This document shows, in pieces, positions 12,254 to 27,055 of a stretch of DNA of 64,000 bases (within the stretch, counting starts at the first letter, position 1; the number at the start of each line of letters is the position of its first letter). The stretch is from the NCBI RefSeq assembly GCF_009914755.1, contig NC_060930.1; one strand, 5' to 3'. A program made the position numbers and the translations under genes. The notes under the pieces are model-generated. The model saw nothing but the letters and a program-made list of their open reading frames with translations, was not told the DNA's origin and ran no database searches. The stretch is from the human T2T-CHM13v2.0 reference genome, Homo sapiens.

Positions 12254-14064
12254 CGGTGGGGAGATACATTCCAAGACTTCCAGTGGGTGTCTGAAAACTG
12301 CAGAATATCAAACCCTATATATACTATTGTGTCCGGAATTGGTGGGTTCTTGGTCTCACTGACTTCGAGAATGAAGCCGCGGACCCTCGCAGTGAGTGTT
12401 ATAGCTCTTAAGGTGGCGCATCTGGAGTTTGCTCCTTCTGATGTTCCGATGTGTTCGGAGTTTCTTCCTTCTGGTGGGTTTGTGGTCTCACTGGCTCAGG
12501 AGTGAAGCTGCGGATCTTCGCGGTGAGTGTTACAGCTCTTAAGGCGGTGCATCTGGAGTTGTTCGTTCCTCCCAGTGGGTTCGTGGTCTGGCTGGCTTCA
12601 GGAGTGAAGCTGCAGACCTTTGTGGTGAGTGTTACAGCTCATAAAGGCAGTGTGGACCCAAAGAGTGAGCAGCAGCAGGATTTATTGCAAAGAGCGAAAG
12701 AACAAAGCTTCCACAGTGTGGAAGCGGACCCAAGCAGGTTGCCACTGCTAGCTCCAGCAGCCTGCTTTTATTCTCTTATCTGGCCCCACCCACATCCTGC
12801 TGATTGGTCCATTTTACAGAGACCCGAGTGGTCTGTTTTGACAGGGTGCTGATTGGTGCGTTTACAATCCCTGAGCTAGACACAAAGGTTCTCCACGACT
12901 AGATTAGCTAGATACAGAGTGTCCACACAAAGGTTTTCCAAGTCCCCACCAGAGTAGCTAGATACAGAGTGTCGATTGGTGTATTTACAATCCCTTAGCT
13001 AGATATAAAGGTTCTCCAAGTCCCCACCAGACTCAGGAGCCCAACTGGATTCACCCAGTGGATCCCGCACCTGGGCTGCAGGTGGAGCTGCCTGCCAGAC
13101 CCGCACCGTGCACCTGCACTCCTCAGCCCTTGGGTGGTCGATGGGACTGGGCACCGTGGAGCAGGGGGCGGCGCTCATGGAGGAGGCTCCGGCCGCACAG
13201 GAACCCATGGAGTGGCGGGGAGGCTCAGGCATGGCGGGCTGCAGGTCCTGAGCCCTGCCCCGTGGGAAGGCAGCTAAGACCTGGCCAGAAATTGAGCACA
13301 ACAGCTGCTGGCCCAGGTGCTAAGCCCCTCATTGCCCAGGGCTGGCGGGGCTCGCCAGCCGTTCTGAGTGCGGGGCCCACCGAGCCCACGCTCACATGGA
13401 ATTCGCACTGGCCCGCAAGCACCGCGTGCAGCCCTGGTTCCCGCTGGCGGCGCCTCTCCCTCCACACCTCCCCGCAAGCTGAGGGAGCCGGCTCCGGCCT
13501 TGGCCAGCCCAGAAAGGGGCTCCCACAGTGCAGCAGCGGGCTGAAGGGCTCCTCAAGTGCCGCCAAAGTGGGAGCCCAGGCAGAGGAGGTGCCGAGAGCG
13601 AGCGAGGGCTGTGAGGAATGCCAGCATGCTGTCACCTCTATGTTTTTTCCTATATATACATGATAAAGTATAATTTATAAATTAGCCACAGTAAGAGATC
13701 AACAACAATAATAAAATAGAATAATTATAATAATATGGCAGCACCACTACTCTTGGCTTTGGGGGGCATTATTAAGTAGAATAAGGGTTACTGAACACAG
13801 TCACTGTGATACTGCAACAGTCGATCTGATAACCAAGAAGAAATCAGCTAATATGATAATCAAGGAGGCTACTAAGTGTCTACAACCAGATGATTCACGT
13901 CCCAGGCAGGACAGAGCAAGATGGTACAAGACTACCCACAACGGCATGTAATTTAAAAACCTTGTTGTTTATTTCTGGAACTTATAATTTAATATTTTCG
14001 GAATGTGGCTGACTGTCAGTAGCTGAAACCACAGAAAGCAAAACTTGGATAAGAGGGGACTACC
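12234..14064 (+). mobile_element. MER44 (Tigger-derived) element split by LTR12C (pieces about 12234-12327 and 13638-14064)
   Basis: Terminal repeats tagtagttcccctttatcc ... ggataagaggggactac; the internal sequence is continuous across the LTR. Confidence 0.8.
12328..13637 (-). mobile_element. LTR12C (ERV9) solo LTR
   Basis: Plus strand starts tgtgtccggaattggtgggttcttggtctcactgact and ends cagcatgctgtcacct. GC/CpG-rich U3 with repeated CCAAT boxes; 4-bp TSD CTAT at 12324-12327 and 13638-13641. Confidence 0.93.
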
Positions 14065-14404
14065 ACATATTATTTTCAAGTAGGAGACGGCATTTAGAGC
14101 AAAGCTAGTTAAGAAAAGGAATAGCAACTTATAGACAAAAAAACTAAAATTTTAACTGAGTATCTGAATGACCAGACACAAAATGTAGCAAATGGGAAAG
14201 GTATTTCTTTTCAAGTAAGCTCATTTGTTGTATATCAAGAAGAAATGAACATTTATCACAGAAAGCAATACCTAAAACCCACTACATAGATATAACATTT
14301 GTATGAGATATATTACATTTCATGGTAGACAATCAGTATATAAGCAATACTGTTTACTCTCTTTCCTTATGAATATGGACAATAAAAGAAAAATCACAGC
14401 ATTT

Positions 14405-14532
14405 CTATGTGTAGGTACCACCTGTACCTCTTTGTGTTGCCTTGTGGGAATTGGGGCTCCTGGAACAGATACAAATGCTGATATTTAGGCTACTGCTATT
14501 GCTGCAAGTAATAAACTGTCCTTTGTCTTTGT
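14405..14532 (+). mobile_element. Possible ERV LTR fragment
   Basis: ggaattggggctc...gctactgctattgctgcaagtaataaactgtcctttgtc resembles an LTR R/U5 poly(A) region; family not identified. Confidence 0.35.
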
Positions 14533-15599
14533 AAAAAAACAAAAACGAAAACATAGCATTTATCAAGGAATCAATCTTTCTACTTAAGGGATTGCAAGAC
14601 AACTTGCTTCACAGAAATTCAATTCACAAGAAGATTATATCACAAAGCACTGTTTCTGGGCATCAGGTGATATGTAAAATGCATAAGCAACTAAGTTATG
14701 GGAACCTATACTCATATAAAACTAAAAACGGGGTTAAAGTTATCAAAGTAAAGCAAAATATAAATAAGACTAATATAAGTAAGTATGATTTCTTGGTTTT
14801 GTTTTCCTCAGATTCATCAAAATACTTATAAAGGCTACAGTTAAGTTATTCTTATTAAAACCAACATAACATCATGATTAATTTTCTTTTACCTTGATCA
14901 AACTAGTTTTCAATTTTAACCCTAAGTAGAAAGGGTTTAGTTATTCTTCTGTTTTCAAGTTTTAGAATATTTATAAAAGACTAAAACAGTTTATCACAAC
15001 AAAAATGTGATCTTATAAACAATCATTTCTCTTTAAATAAAAACAATAAAATATATTTTACTTTTAAATTTCTTCTAAAAATTATCTTGAAAAACCCTTT
15101 CCCTTTTATGCTTGAGAGAAAAAGGAGGATGCCTGCTGAGAGAACTGGTATTATCAATTAAAATGATAAAGATGGCACAAAATTCATACTTTAATGCAAC
15201 TCTTCTGGTTAAAAAAAAAAAGGAAAAAAAACAAACAAAAAGGTACACTTGAACTTAAAAATAAGACTAATATCTCCCTCAACCAGAAATTCAACAAAAT
15301 AGGCAAAGCAATGAACACAGCTAAAAGTTGCAGTAGGCTCAGCTCCACTTCTGGACAGCTAGGCCAGTAGTTTGGCTCCTGCTGGGTAACCTAGATAAAA
15401 ATTGATCCATGCAAATGGGAACTAGAGCTAATCTTAATGGAAGCCAGGGATTAGGCATGGAGCTTCTGCGTTCATGAAAAAAAAGTTGAACTACCATCAA
15501 AATGATTCCTGGGGCCACAGCTACTATAGAAATTTAGGGCATGGAGTAAGGAGGAATGTGAAGGGGGAAGCTTCAAATTAAGATCAGTCTAAAAATTAA

Positions 15600-16890
15600 A
15601 ATTCTGAACCATAAGAAATATTACACTAAAACTGGCAGTCAACAAAATCATCAATGAAACATAAGAAAATAATATGAAACAATATGACAAAGACTTTGAA
15701 ATAAGTATTATAAAGCTGAAAAGATAAAGCAGTTGCTTTATTAAAAAAGGAATTTATAAAACAAAACAAAAAAGTTAAAGAAGAACTGGTGGATATAAAA
15801 AGAAACATGCAGAAATCAAGAAATAAAAAATAATCACTAAAAATTCCTCAGATAATTCTGTGGAAATAGTACAAAGAATTCACCTCGAATGCAAGACAGA
15901 AGTAAATAGATTTTAAAAAAATTTTAAAGTATTGAAGAGATGGAAGATATAGAGTGAGAGGTTCCAATATATCTCTGATAGGATTTTTGAAAGACGAAGA
16001 CTAGAAAGAATGACAGAAAGGCATTATTTTAAAAGATTATAGCCTGGAATGTTCTAGGATTATAGAAATGATTATAGAAATACATGAATATTCAGAAAGA
16101 ACGCTTATAAAGGAATAACAAAAAGACTGCAAGTCTTTCAGCAACCGCAAATGATGCTGGAAGGAAGTGGGGTGATACATTTAAGTGCTGAGAGAAAGAT
16201 AATCTTCCTAGAATGTAATTGCCAACAAACTATTATTATTCTTATTATTCAAGAATGAGAAAAAAATTTAAACACTTTAAGATATACAAAGACTAAAAAC
16301 TTAGCACCCATTGAACCTCTCTAAAAGAATTCTTAATGAAGTACTGTAGTAAGAAGAAAAATGAATCTAAAGGAAAATCATGAATATAAGAAAGGAAGAG
16401 CACACTTATAAAACATGCCAGTAAATTTAATTATACACTCAAATGAATAAATCATTTTTAACTTAAAAGAAAGAAAGCTCTCAAAAATAGTAAGATGGAC
16501 AAAAGGAAGGTATTCAGCGGTTGGAAGAAGCATTCATAGCTACCCATTCATGTTTAAAACAAATTTAAGAGTATGCACCAGACGTAAAATTCAATCTATT
16601 AGCTCCTAAACCAGAAAGAGAATAAAAGGGAATATAAAAATATTATCAATCCCACAGACAATATAAAAGGGTAGGGGAAGAATGATAAACCCAAAAGCTT
16701 AGAAACTAAAAGATGTTCATCTAGTTTATGGATTACAATTAAACAATAAAAACTACACAGCAAATGAAATACAGTTAAAGCACCACTTAGAAATTTTGAA
16801 GAGTGGAAATGAGAAAAGTGTTCACAAATAAATACAGCTGAGCTATACTAGAAAAACAAAGAAGGAAATAAAATATAAAGCTTAATTAAT
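15600..16890 (+). mobile_element. Highly diverged L1M ORF1-region relic
   Basis: A-rich; gagaggttccaatatatctctgataggattttt and ttaagtgctgagagaaa resemble the ORF1 region of old L1s. Confidence 0.55.
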
Positions 16891-16904
16891 GAAATTAAAA
16901 ATCT

Positions 16905-17520
16905 TATTTTTAATTGCCAAAACTTAGAAGCAACCAACATATCCTTCAATAGGTGAATGAATAAACAAATTGTACTATATCTGTATAATGGAGTATTTTA
17001 TTCAATGCTAAAAAAACACACAACTGTCAAGCCATGAAAATACATGGAGGAATCTTAAATGCGTAATGCTAAGAAAAGAAACCAATCTGAAAAGGCAACA
17101 TACTATATGATTTCAACTATATGACATCTGGAAAAAGAAAAATATGGTAAGAGTAAAAAGATCTGTGGTTCCCAAGGCTACAGGGGAAGGGAGGAATGAA
17201 ATGGTACAGCACAAAGGACTTTTTAGGGTGGTAAAACTATTCTGTATAATACTGTGATGGTAGATACATACCAGTATACATTTGTCAAGGCCCATACAAT
17301 GTATAATACCAAGAGTGAATCCTTCTGTAATCTTACGGTAAACTATGGACTTCAACTAATAATAATGTGTAAATATTGGCTTATCAATCATAACAAATGT
17401 ACTACCCTAATACAAGATGTTAGGAGAAAATAAGGGGAGTAGATATACAAGAACTCTATACGTTTCACTTATTTTTTCTGTAAATGTAAAACTGCTCCAA
17501 AAATTAGTTTATTAATTAAA
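16905..17520 (+). mobile_element. L1MC/MD 3' end
   Basis: aattgccaaaacttagaagcaacc...caatctgaaaaggcaacatactatatgatttcaactatatgacat...ttgtcaaggcccatacaatgtata. Confidence 0.8.
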
Positions 17521-17619
17521 TACAAAATATGGTATAAAATTCAAGAAAAAAATAATTGTAAAGCTATTATCGATGAAAATGATTATTCCCTTAATGCTGG
17601 TAAATGTTTGTAAAACTGA

Positions 17620-17962
<343 letters not shown>

Positions 17963-19072
17963 TTATCTAGCTAAATGTCTTATATATAAAAGATGCTTAT
18001 CAAATCTTTGTGGAAAAAATGAATAAGTAATAAAAGGAGGGAATCAGTGACTAATACAAGGTTGTTTTCTATGAGATTTGTCATTAGGTCGTAAAATATA
18101 AATCTCTTTTGGAATTTCACATTAGAATTTATTTTATTTTTCACATACAATAAAAATGCTTAGAATATTTCAAATGTTAGCACAATTACTATTGATAGCA
18201 TAAGGAAACAAGTATTTGTAAACAGTCTAACATTTTTAAAGAAGAAACCCACTGTCATTGTGAAAGAAGTATATTTGTCATCACTGGGTTTAATTAGAAG
18301 ACCTTTAGGCTTATCCCAACCTCTTCAGTATTTAAAAACTGGAAAACTGTCAGATGTCTTATTATAAGGAACACATGCTGTATGATTAAATCCCAAAACA
18401 TATGTGGGAAAAATAAAAATAACGAAAAGAGCAACAAAACAAAAGCTGCTTTTCTGAAAACAAGGCAAACACAATGCTAGCAAAAAGGAGATAAGCATAG
18501 AAGAGACAGATATAAGAAAGAGGCAATATAACTAAAAGCTAGCATAATTTTTTTAAAATAAGAGCACATTACAAACAACTTTATAGCAAAAAGCTAAGTA
18601 CTCAGAAGAAATGGCTAATTTCAAAAATATATAATTATCAAACAACTTAGCAATAGAAAGTCTGAATAAACAAACAACTACTGGAAAATTCAAATTGGTA
18701 ATTGAAGTTGGTCCTCCAAAAGAGATCGGGCTGTATTATTTCAGAGGCATACTAGTATTAAACTTTCATGGATAGATAACTGTTTTCTGACAGAAACTTT
18801 TGAAAACAGAAGAGAAAGCTCCAGAAGTTTATTTTATGAAACTGGAATAATGTTAACTATTAACACAGAATAATTTCCAAATTCTCGAATCTGGCTGAGT
18901 TTCTAGGCATAGTATAAGCATCTAAAAACCATATAATGCATCAGTGCCTACCCAATAAGCCTTCGAGGAAAAAAAAAAAAAAGACACATTCTGATTCTTA
19001 CCAATTGAAGAAAACCCATACATTTCCTCTTTAATTACACAGAACATGCATTTCAAAAATTAGAGTTATTCT

Positions 19073-21966
19073 CAGAAATAGTTTGCAAATATTTTCTCCC
19101 ATTCCTTAGGCTGTATTTTCATTCTGTTTATTGTTCCCTTTGTTGTACAGATGCTTTTTAGATTGATGTAATACAATTTGTCTATTTTTGCTTTTATTGC
19201 TTATGATTTGGGGGTCTTATCCAAAAAAACCCTTACACAGATCAATGTCAAGAAGCATTTCTCTTATGTTGTTGTCTAGTAGACTTATCATTTCAGATAT
19301 CAGTTAAGTCATTACACTATTTTGAGTTGATTTTTGTACATTGTGATAAAGGTCTAGTTTCAATCTTCTGCACATGAATATCCAGCTTTTCCAGCTCCAT
19401 TTATTGAAGACACTGTCCTTTATCCATTGTGTCTTCTTGGGACATTTGTCAAAAATCAGTTGGCTATAAGCCCATGGATTTATTTCTGCATTCTCTATTC
19501 TGTTCTATTGGTCTCTGTGTCTATTTTTATGCCAGTACCATGCTCTTTTGATTATTAGAGTTCTGAAGTATATTTTGAGGTCTGGTAGTGTGATGCCTCA
19601 AGATTACTTTGGCTATCCAGGGTCTTCTGTGATTCCATACAAATTTTAGGATTGTTTTTTCTATTTCTGTAAAGAATGTTACGGGTATTTTGACAGGGAT
19701 TGAACTGCCTATAGATCACTTTAGGAGTATACACATGTAATCAACATTAATTCTTCCAATTCACCAGTACAAAATATCTTTCCATTTATCTGCATCTTCT
19801 TCAATTTATTTCATCAATGTTTTATATGTTTTCAATGTAGAGATCTTTCCCATCCCTGATTAAATCTATTCTCAGGTATTCTGTGTATGTGTAGCTATTT
19901 TAAATGGAATTGTTTTCTTGATTTGTTTTTCAGATAGTTTGCTTTTAATGCATTAATATACAAATGATACTGATTTTTGTATGTTGATTTTATATCCTGG
20001 AACTTTACTAAATTTTATTCTAACAGTTTTTTAAGAGTCTTTAGGGTTTCCTATACATAAGATTGGATCATGTTGTCTGCAAACGGGGACAATTTAACTC
20101 CTTCCTTCCCACATTGGATGTCTTTTACTTCTTTCTCTTGCCTACCTGCTCTGGCTAGGACTTCAAGTACTATGTTGAATAGAAGTGGCAAAAGTGGGCA
20201 TCCTCATCTTATTCCAGATCTTAAAAGTTTTCAACTTTTCCCTATTCAATATCATGTTAGCTATAGGTTTGTCATATATTAGCTATGTTATGTTGAGGTA
20301 CATTCCTTCTAATTTGTTGAGGGGTTTTAATCATGAAGTGGTGTTGAATTTTGCCAAGTGATTTTTCTGCATCTACTGAAATGATCAGGAAGTTTTTGTC
20401 CTTCATTCTATTCATGTGATATATTATGTTTATTTATTTGCATATTTTGTACCATCCTTGCATCCCTGGGATGAATCCCTCTTGGTCATGGTGAATGATC
20501 CCTTTAATGTGCTTTTGAATTTGGATTGCTAGTACTTTGTTGAGAATGTTTTACATCTATGTTTATCAGCAATACTGGCCTATAGTTTTCTTTTCTCGTT
20601 GTGTCCTTATCTGGTTTTGGTATCAGGATAGTGCTTAGCCTGTAGCATGACTTTGGAAGTATCCACTCCTCTTCAAGTTTTTGGAATAATTTGAGTAGAA
20701 CTATTACAAGGCCTTTATTGGCAGAATTCAGAAGTAAAGGCTATCAGATCCTGGAATTTTCTTTGATGGGAGACTTTTTATTACTGATTTCATCTCATTA
20801 CTTGTTACTGGTCTGTTCAGATTTTCTGGTTCTTCATGATTCAATTTTGGTAGGGTTTACGTGTTTAGGAAGGCTAATATCCAGAATAATAAGGAAATTA
20901 AACAACTCGATTGCAAAATAATCTGACAAATAATCCATCAAAAATGAGCAAAAAATCTGAATAGACATTTCTGAAAACATACAAAAGGCCAACAGGTATA
21001 GGAAAAAAATGCTCAATATCACTAATCATCAGGGAAATGCAAATCAAAATGACAATGAGGTACCATTTCACTCCAATTAGAATTGCTGTTACCAAAAAGA
21101 CAAAAAACAAACGAACAAAAAACAACTGTTGGTGCAGATGTGAAGAAAAGGGACCTCTTATACACTGTCAGTAGAAATGTAAATTAGTACAACCATTATG
21201 AAAAACAGTATGAAGGTTTCTCAAAAAATTAAAAATACAACTATCATATGATCCAGCAATCCCACTACTGGGTATATATCCACAGGAAAACAAATCAGTA
21301 TGATGAAGAGATACCTGCACTCCCATATTTACTGCAGTACTATTCACAACAGCCAAGATATGAATCAACCTAAGCATCCATCAACAGATGAATAGATAAA
21401 TATATAGTATATACACAATGGAATACTATTCAGCTGTAAAAAGGAATGGAATCCTGTCTCTTGCAACAACATGGATGAACCTGGAGGACATTATGTTAAG
21501 TAAAATAAGCCGGGCACAGTAAGACAAATACTGTTTGATCTCACTCACATGTGGAATCTAAAAAAGCTGATCTCATAGAAGGAGAGAGTACAATAGTGAT
21601 TACCAGAGGCTGGGGAGATTGGGGGTGGAGGGAGAACAAGGAGAGTTTGGCCAATGGGTACGAAGTTACAGTTAGAGAGGAGGAATAAGTTATGGCCTAT
21701 CTAGTGCACAGTAGGATGACTAGGGCTAACAATATTGTGTTGGGTATTTCAAAAAAGCTGGAAAAGAGGATTTTTAATGTAAAAAAGGAATGATAAATGT
21801 ATGAGGTCATGGTTATGCTAAACACTCTGATTTGATTTTTAAACAATGTATACATGTATTGAAACATCACACTAGACCCCATAAAGAGGCATAATTATGT
21901 GTCCATTAAAAACAAAATTTAAAAAAATTTTAAAACATGGTAAATAGTATGACCAAAAAAGTTTTT
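19073..21966. mobile_element. L1MA element with a 5' inversion (19073-20867 antisense; 20868-21935 sense 3' end)
   Basis: Orientation switch at gtttaggaa|ggctaatatccag. 18-bp TSD aaaaattagagttattct (19055-19072) / aaaaattaaagttgttct (21967-21984). Confidence 0.88.
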
Positions 21967-24208
21967 AAAAATTAAAGTTGTTCTATACATTAAAGTAATA
22001 AACAGCATACATTATAAATTACAGTAAGCATACTATGCAAAGAAAAACTATGCAATTTAGGAAATGTCTTTCTTTGAGATATGATGCAATTTTAGATTTG
22101 CATGTGAAATTTTAAAATATGCATATTGAAAACTAATAATATGAAGTATAATAAGAGAAGAAAATGTTAAAACCTGAAAACAGTTTTGAATTGACAGTTC
22201 ATATGGATCTGAATATGGATAATTATAAATAGCAGATAATGTTATTTAAAACTTTATAAATTATTCTTACTCTGAATTGTGGCATAGAAAATTATTAAGT
22301 ATTCATACATTATAAAATAAGGTCATAAATAACATAAGAAAATGACCATGAAAATTATGACAGCATTTATTTATCTCTTAAGAAGAATTTCTATGCAAAT
22401 TGTGGCTGTTTGCAGAGAATTAGATAAATTATATTTACAGAATAACTAATGCTCATTATTTACAGGTACTTAATCTACACAACAATTTACAAAGCTAAAA
22501 CCAAGGTCACTTACAACTTAATTAAGACAACTTGGAATGTGAACACTATTTATTCCCCACATACTATAATTAGCTGCATAGTAAATAAGTCAAAGCTAGG
22601 TACCACTACATATTTAAAAGCTTACTTTACATTTTCATGTATATGGCAAATTGACAGCTTCCTTGATTCTTAGAAGGATATTCTGATATTAATTGTCTCA
22701 GAAGACAAATTTCAACCATTATGTGTGTATGTATGTATGTGCTCATGCATGCATACACATATATATATAACTTAAAATTTATGTATTAAATCTTAAATAT
22801 TTGAGTGAATGCTTACAGCAATTTCTAAATCTAATAACCATACTTATTTATGTTTACAAACTGATATTATCCAAAATGTTTTTATTTATCTCAAATACGA
22901 TTAACAGAAACATATCTTTGTTTTACTAATAAAATGCATTTATCTTATTTCTTCCCCATATCAATATATTACATGTAACTCTCCATACATCTAATCCAAG
23001 TATCCATGTGCTCTTCCAAATCATTCCTAACAACATTCATTATATCACATACAATTTTCCAGCATTCCCTTCTTAAATGTATGTATGAAAGATCCAAAAG
23101 GAGAGACTTAAGAAAGCAAGATAATGGGAGGAGGTTGATTAAACTTTGTTAGATACCTTTTATGTCCCCAAACTTAAAAGTACTTGGCACAGAGTACAGA
23201 ATTAATGACTGAATAAATGAATGAGTGAACAGTATCAAACAGAGTAGTATGAAATTTGTCAAACTTGTCTTACTCCTTGAGCAACCATTCCAATCAAGAG
23301 CAAATTAGTTCAAAATCTGTTATTGCCATAAATTGGAAACATATATTTAAGCTCCTCATTGTGAGCTTAATATATTAATAATGCTTTTTTACCCACATCT
23401 ATAACAAGACAATATATGGCCTCAAAAATGCTTCAGGTTGACAGGTATCTTAAAAGTCATAAAAATCAGACTTTCCACAAATCACAACAAAAGTGATGAT
23501 TCAGCATGTTCTTCTAAATCTTCAATAACAAGTCTCACTACTTGCCAAAAGAGGTTGGTATATTTAAAGGACTTTGAAAATTGAAAAGGTTTGACTGAGC
23601 TGAGATCTGTCCTTACATATTTTTTACCCAGAAATCCTAGTTATAACCCTTGGACCACCCTTCTTCCATATACAGCTCTTCGAGTATTATGCTCATCTCT
23701 CTATCTCACTGGAGCTTTCTCTTTAAAAGGACTACCAACTGCAGTTTTTTCTTAAGTGGGAAAAAAGCAACATACAACCAAGATCAATAAAATATATGGC
23801 TTGGGTTTTCCTAATACAGATTATAAAACTTCAAAGATCTGTAATAGCAGATAAATTACTTCAACTATGTTGATCTTTCCTAAACATCACAGTCAGCTAA
23901 AAGTAGAACACAGGATTCTTGAGTTTTCCTCATGAAAATTTTATCCCTTTTAAAGTAAAAATAGTAATGAATAACCTAAAATAGCAGACAATGTGGAAGT
24001 GAAAAGAAACTTGGGAGAAAATGGGCATATCACTTTAGAGTATACAGTATGAACATATTCAGATATATACCCACAAATTAAAGACAGACAAAAGATACAT
24101 CTGATCCAAATAACTCTCCACCCAAAACCAGTGAGTACTTTTGTATGCAAAATTTTTAGTGATAGGAGTACATTCAAAAAGTTTATATACACCTGAGTAA
24201 ATATTTAG

Positions 24209-24458
<250 letters not shown>

Positions 24459-25119
24459 TAACAGTAAAAAACTAGATAAAACTTGAATCTTCAATAGCAA
24501 ATAATAATACTACTCTGCAACCATTAAAAATTATTACATTATAGATTATTCTCATTGAAAATGTTAAGGAACATAAAAGCAGGTTCAAAATTATATATCC
24601 TGTGTGACCTAGTTTTTAAGTGTTTTTATTTTAAAAGATATATACTCCAAAATATTTGCAGTGATTATGACTGAATAATGGTGGGTTCACAGATGATATA
24701 GTTCCTGCATTCTGCTTATACAAGACCTAAATTTTCTAAAATTATGGATATATTTTTCAAAATTAGAAAACGAGTTGTATAAAGAATGGGTGGCAATAAA
24801 AATTGAAATTTCCATCACTATACTGAAAAAAAAAGAGAAAAAATTGATTGGTATCTAATAAAATACTGTGGCTTCATTAGTAGCCATAAACTGAGAAAAC
24901 TAGAGGGACATAAGAGAAAAAATGGTGGCAAAATCACAATAAGAAACAAATCAAAAAATGTTCTTTCCTTCGGAAAGATAAAAGAGTCATTCTCTTACTA
25001 ATCCTTTTGCTTGCATCTTCTCCTACAGAGAATATTAGCTTAAAACAGAAAAGAGCGGAACAAAACCCATAAATATTGAATGCTAGCTACAGCAAAGGAG
25101 ATAGTAGTAAGGAACATCC

Positions 25120-25800
25120 TAGCCCTTCAAATGAGTTCAGGTATGCAGACCCTGACAGAGCATATCATGAGGTTCAAGAACCACTTATACATTTGATCTC
25201 AGAATCACTGCTATCTCTTGAGAAATATTTTTTTAAAAAATAGTAAGTGTCAGATGAAGGCAAAAGTCCCCAATTTGAAAAAAGAAAAGATAAAAGTCAT
25301 GGATTGTGAAAACTACTTAATTGTAAGCTTAACATCAACAAATGGCAATGTGAATTTACAAAAAAAAGTCATGACAAAATAATCTTAATTCTTATGAGAT
25401 TATTAGGTTAGCAGTTCCTAAATTGGCAAAGCAACTGGAAGTGTGACATCTTTGAAGATGATGGGGAAAAGCATTCTACATGTCAGTACTATTAGAACAC
25501 TAAACAGCTGTATCCAAATTGTGTTGATAATGGATTAATGTCAACATAAAAGAAAACTGAAGTTGTGCATATTAAAAAAAAAAAGACTAAGGAATGAAAA
25601 ACATAACCCATCATATGTCTAAAAGACAGTCATATAGGAGTTGATGCCTATGACTTTGTTGCCCCATTGCACACATATAGGACTGAATGGCAGTAGGAGT
25701 ATTATCAGTTAGCAAAAGAAATAATTTACAAGATAACTACTCCAGAAAGAGATGGTATACCATTTGAATAAAAGAAGCTCTTCATTAGAATAAGTATACC
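25120..25800 (+). mobile_element. Possible L3/CR1 relic
   Basis: gtccccaatttgaaaaaag...tgtgaaaactac...ttaacatcaac resembles CR1 ORF2 DNA; highly diverged. Confidence 0.4.
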
Positions 25801-26202
25801 TCATTACATGAGGATCACCATTTCCATAGAATTCTAAACACACAAATACCACACTGGATGGAGAAATTCCATGATTCTAAACATTCTTGTAAAGGATAAT
25901 TTTCAATTCAGGCAGCAGGGTAGAGGCTCTTCTGATTATTTGATGAAAAGACAACAAAAAACCAATACATATTGGTCCTCATAGCTGAAAGGACACTTTT
26001 AATTCCAATCTGGCTGATATGATATCATAGCTCAGCAGTATTAAGGCTACCAAAAACAATGTACAGCACCTAATGAATGGAGAACTTTTTCATAAAGCAC
26101 TAATGTGAATCTTTCAGTACAGCAACATTTTAAATACCCTATTCTAGTTACAAAAAAAACTACTACAACCTCTTTATCAAATTGTAATACACACATTAAA
26201 TG

Positions 26203-27055
26203 AGAGGTTCTCAAAGTGTGAGCCAGAATCTCTAAGATCCTTTCAGAAGATATATGAGGTGAAAATTGTTTTCATAATCATACTAAAACATTATTTAACT
26301 TTTTCATTCTCATGTTCTCATGAGTGTAATGTAGTGGACTTTTGCAGAGGCTACATAATGTAATGTGTGATATCAGAATATACTGAATGCAAAAGTATAT
26401 ATGGGAATCTAGCTGTCTTCTATTAAGCCAAACATTGAAATGATTTATAAAAATATGATATAATGCCACTCTTCATACTTTTTTTCTGATTTTCGAAAAT
26501 AGTTATTTTTCATAAAAATGTTATTTATACTATAGTAATATGATAGATTTAGTATTATTATTTTAAATGATTTGGGGCTGGGTGCAGTGGCTCATGCCTG
26601 CAATCCCTGCACTTCAGGAGGCCGTGGTGAGAGGATCACTTGAGGCCAGGAATTCATGACCAGTCAGGACAACATCACAGAACCCTGTCTCTACAAAACA
26701 TTCTTTAAAAAATTAGTTGTGTGTGGTGAGGCATCCTTGTAGTCCTAGCTACTAGGGAGTCTGAGGCAAGAGGATTGCTTGAGCCCAGGAGTTACAGGTT
26801 ATAGTAAACTATGATCATGCCACTACACTCCAGCCTGGGTGACAGAATGAGACTCTGTCTCTGAAAGAATAATAAGAAAGACTAAAAAACAAATGATTTA
26901 ATAGACATTTATTAAATTAATATAGTAAAAATTCAATTTTAATTTCAAATATGACAAATATCAATAGAGTTCAATAACATAAAGAAAAATTATGAGGTTC
27001 TGAGTAATTTTTAAAAGTGCAAAAGAGTTTTGAGAACAAAAAACGAGAATCACTG
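26203..27055 (+). mobile_element. Charlie1-family hAT relic interrupted by an AluJ
   Basis: Ends ggttctcaaagtgtg and gagaatcactg; internal atctagctgtcttctattaagccaaacatt. Confidence 0.75.
26576..26890 (+). mobile_element. AluJ element
   Basis: Diverged full dimer. Confidence 0.92.

Noticed and set aside
13000-13640. CpG-island-like region as the ASCC3 promoter
   Set aside because: It is LTR12C U3 and lies downstream of the start codon. The true exon 1 must lie above 51926, and no CpG island is seen up to 64000.
12287-13663. Cluster of long overlapping ORFs (up to 201 aa)
   Set aside because: All lie in the GC-rich LTR12C, where stop codons are scarce; no protein homology.
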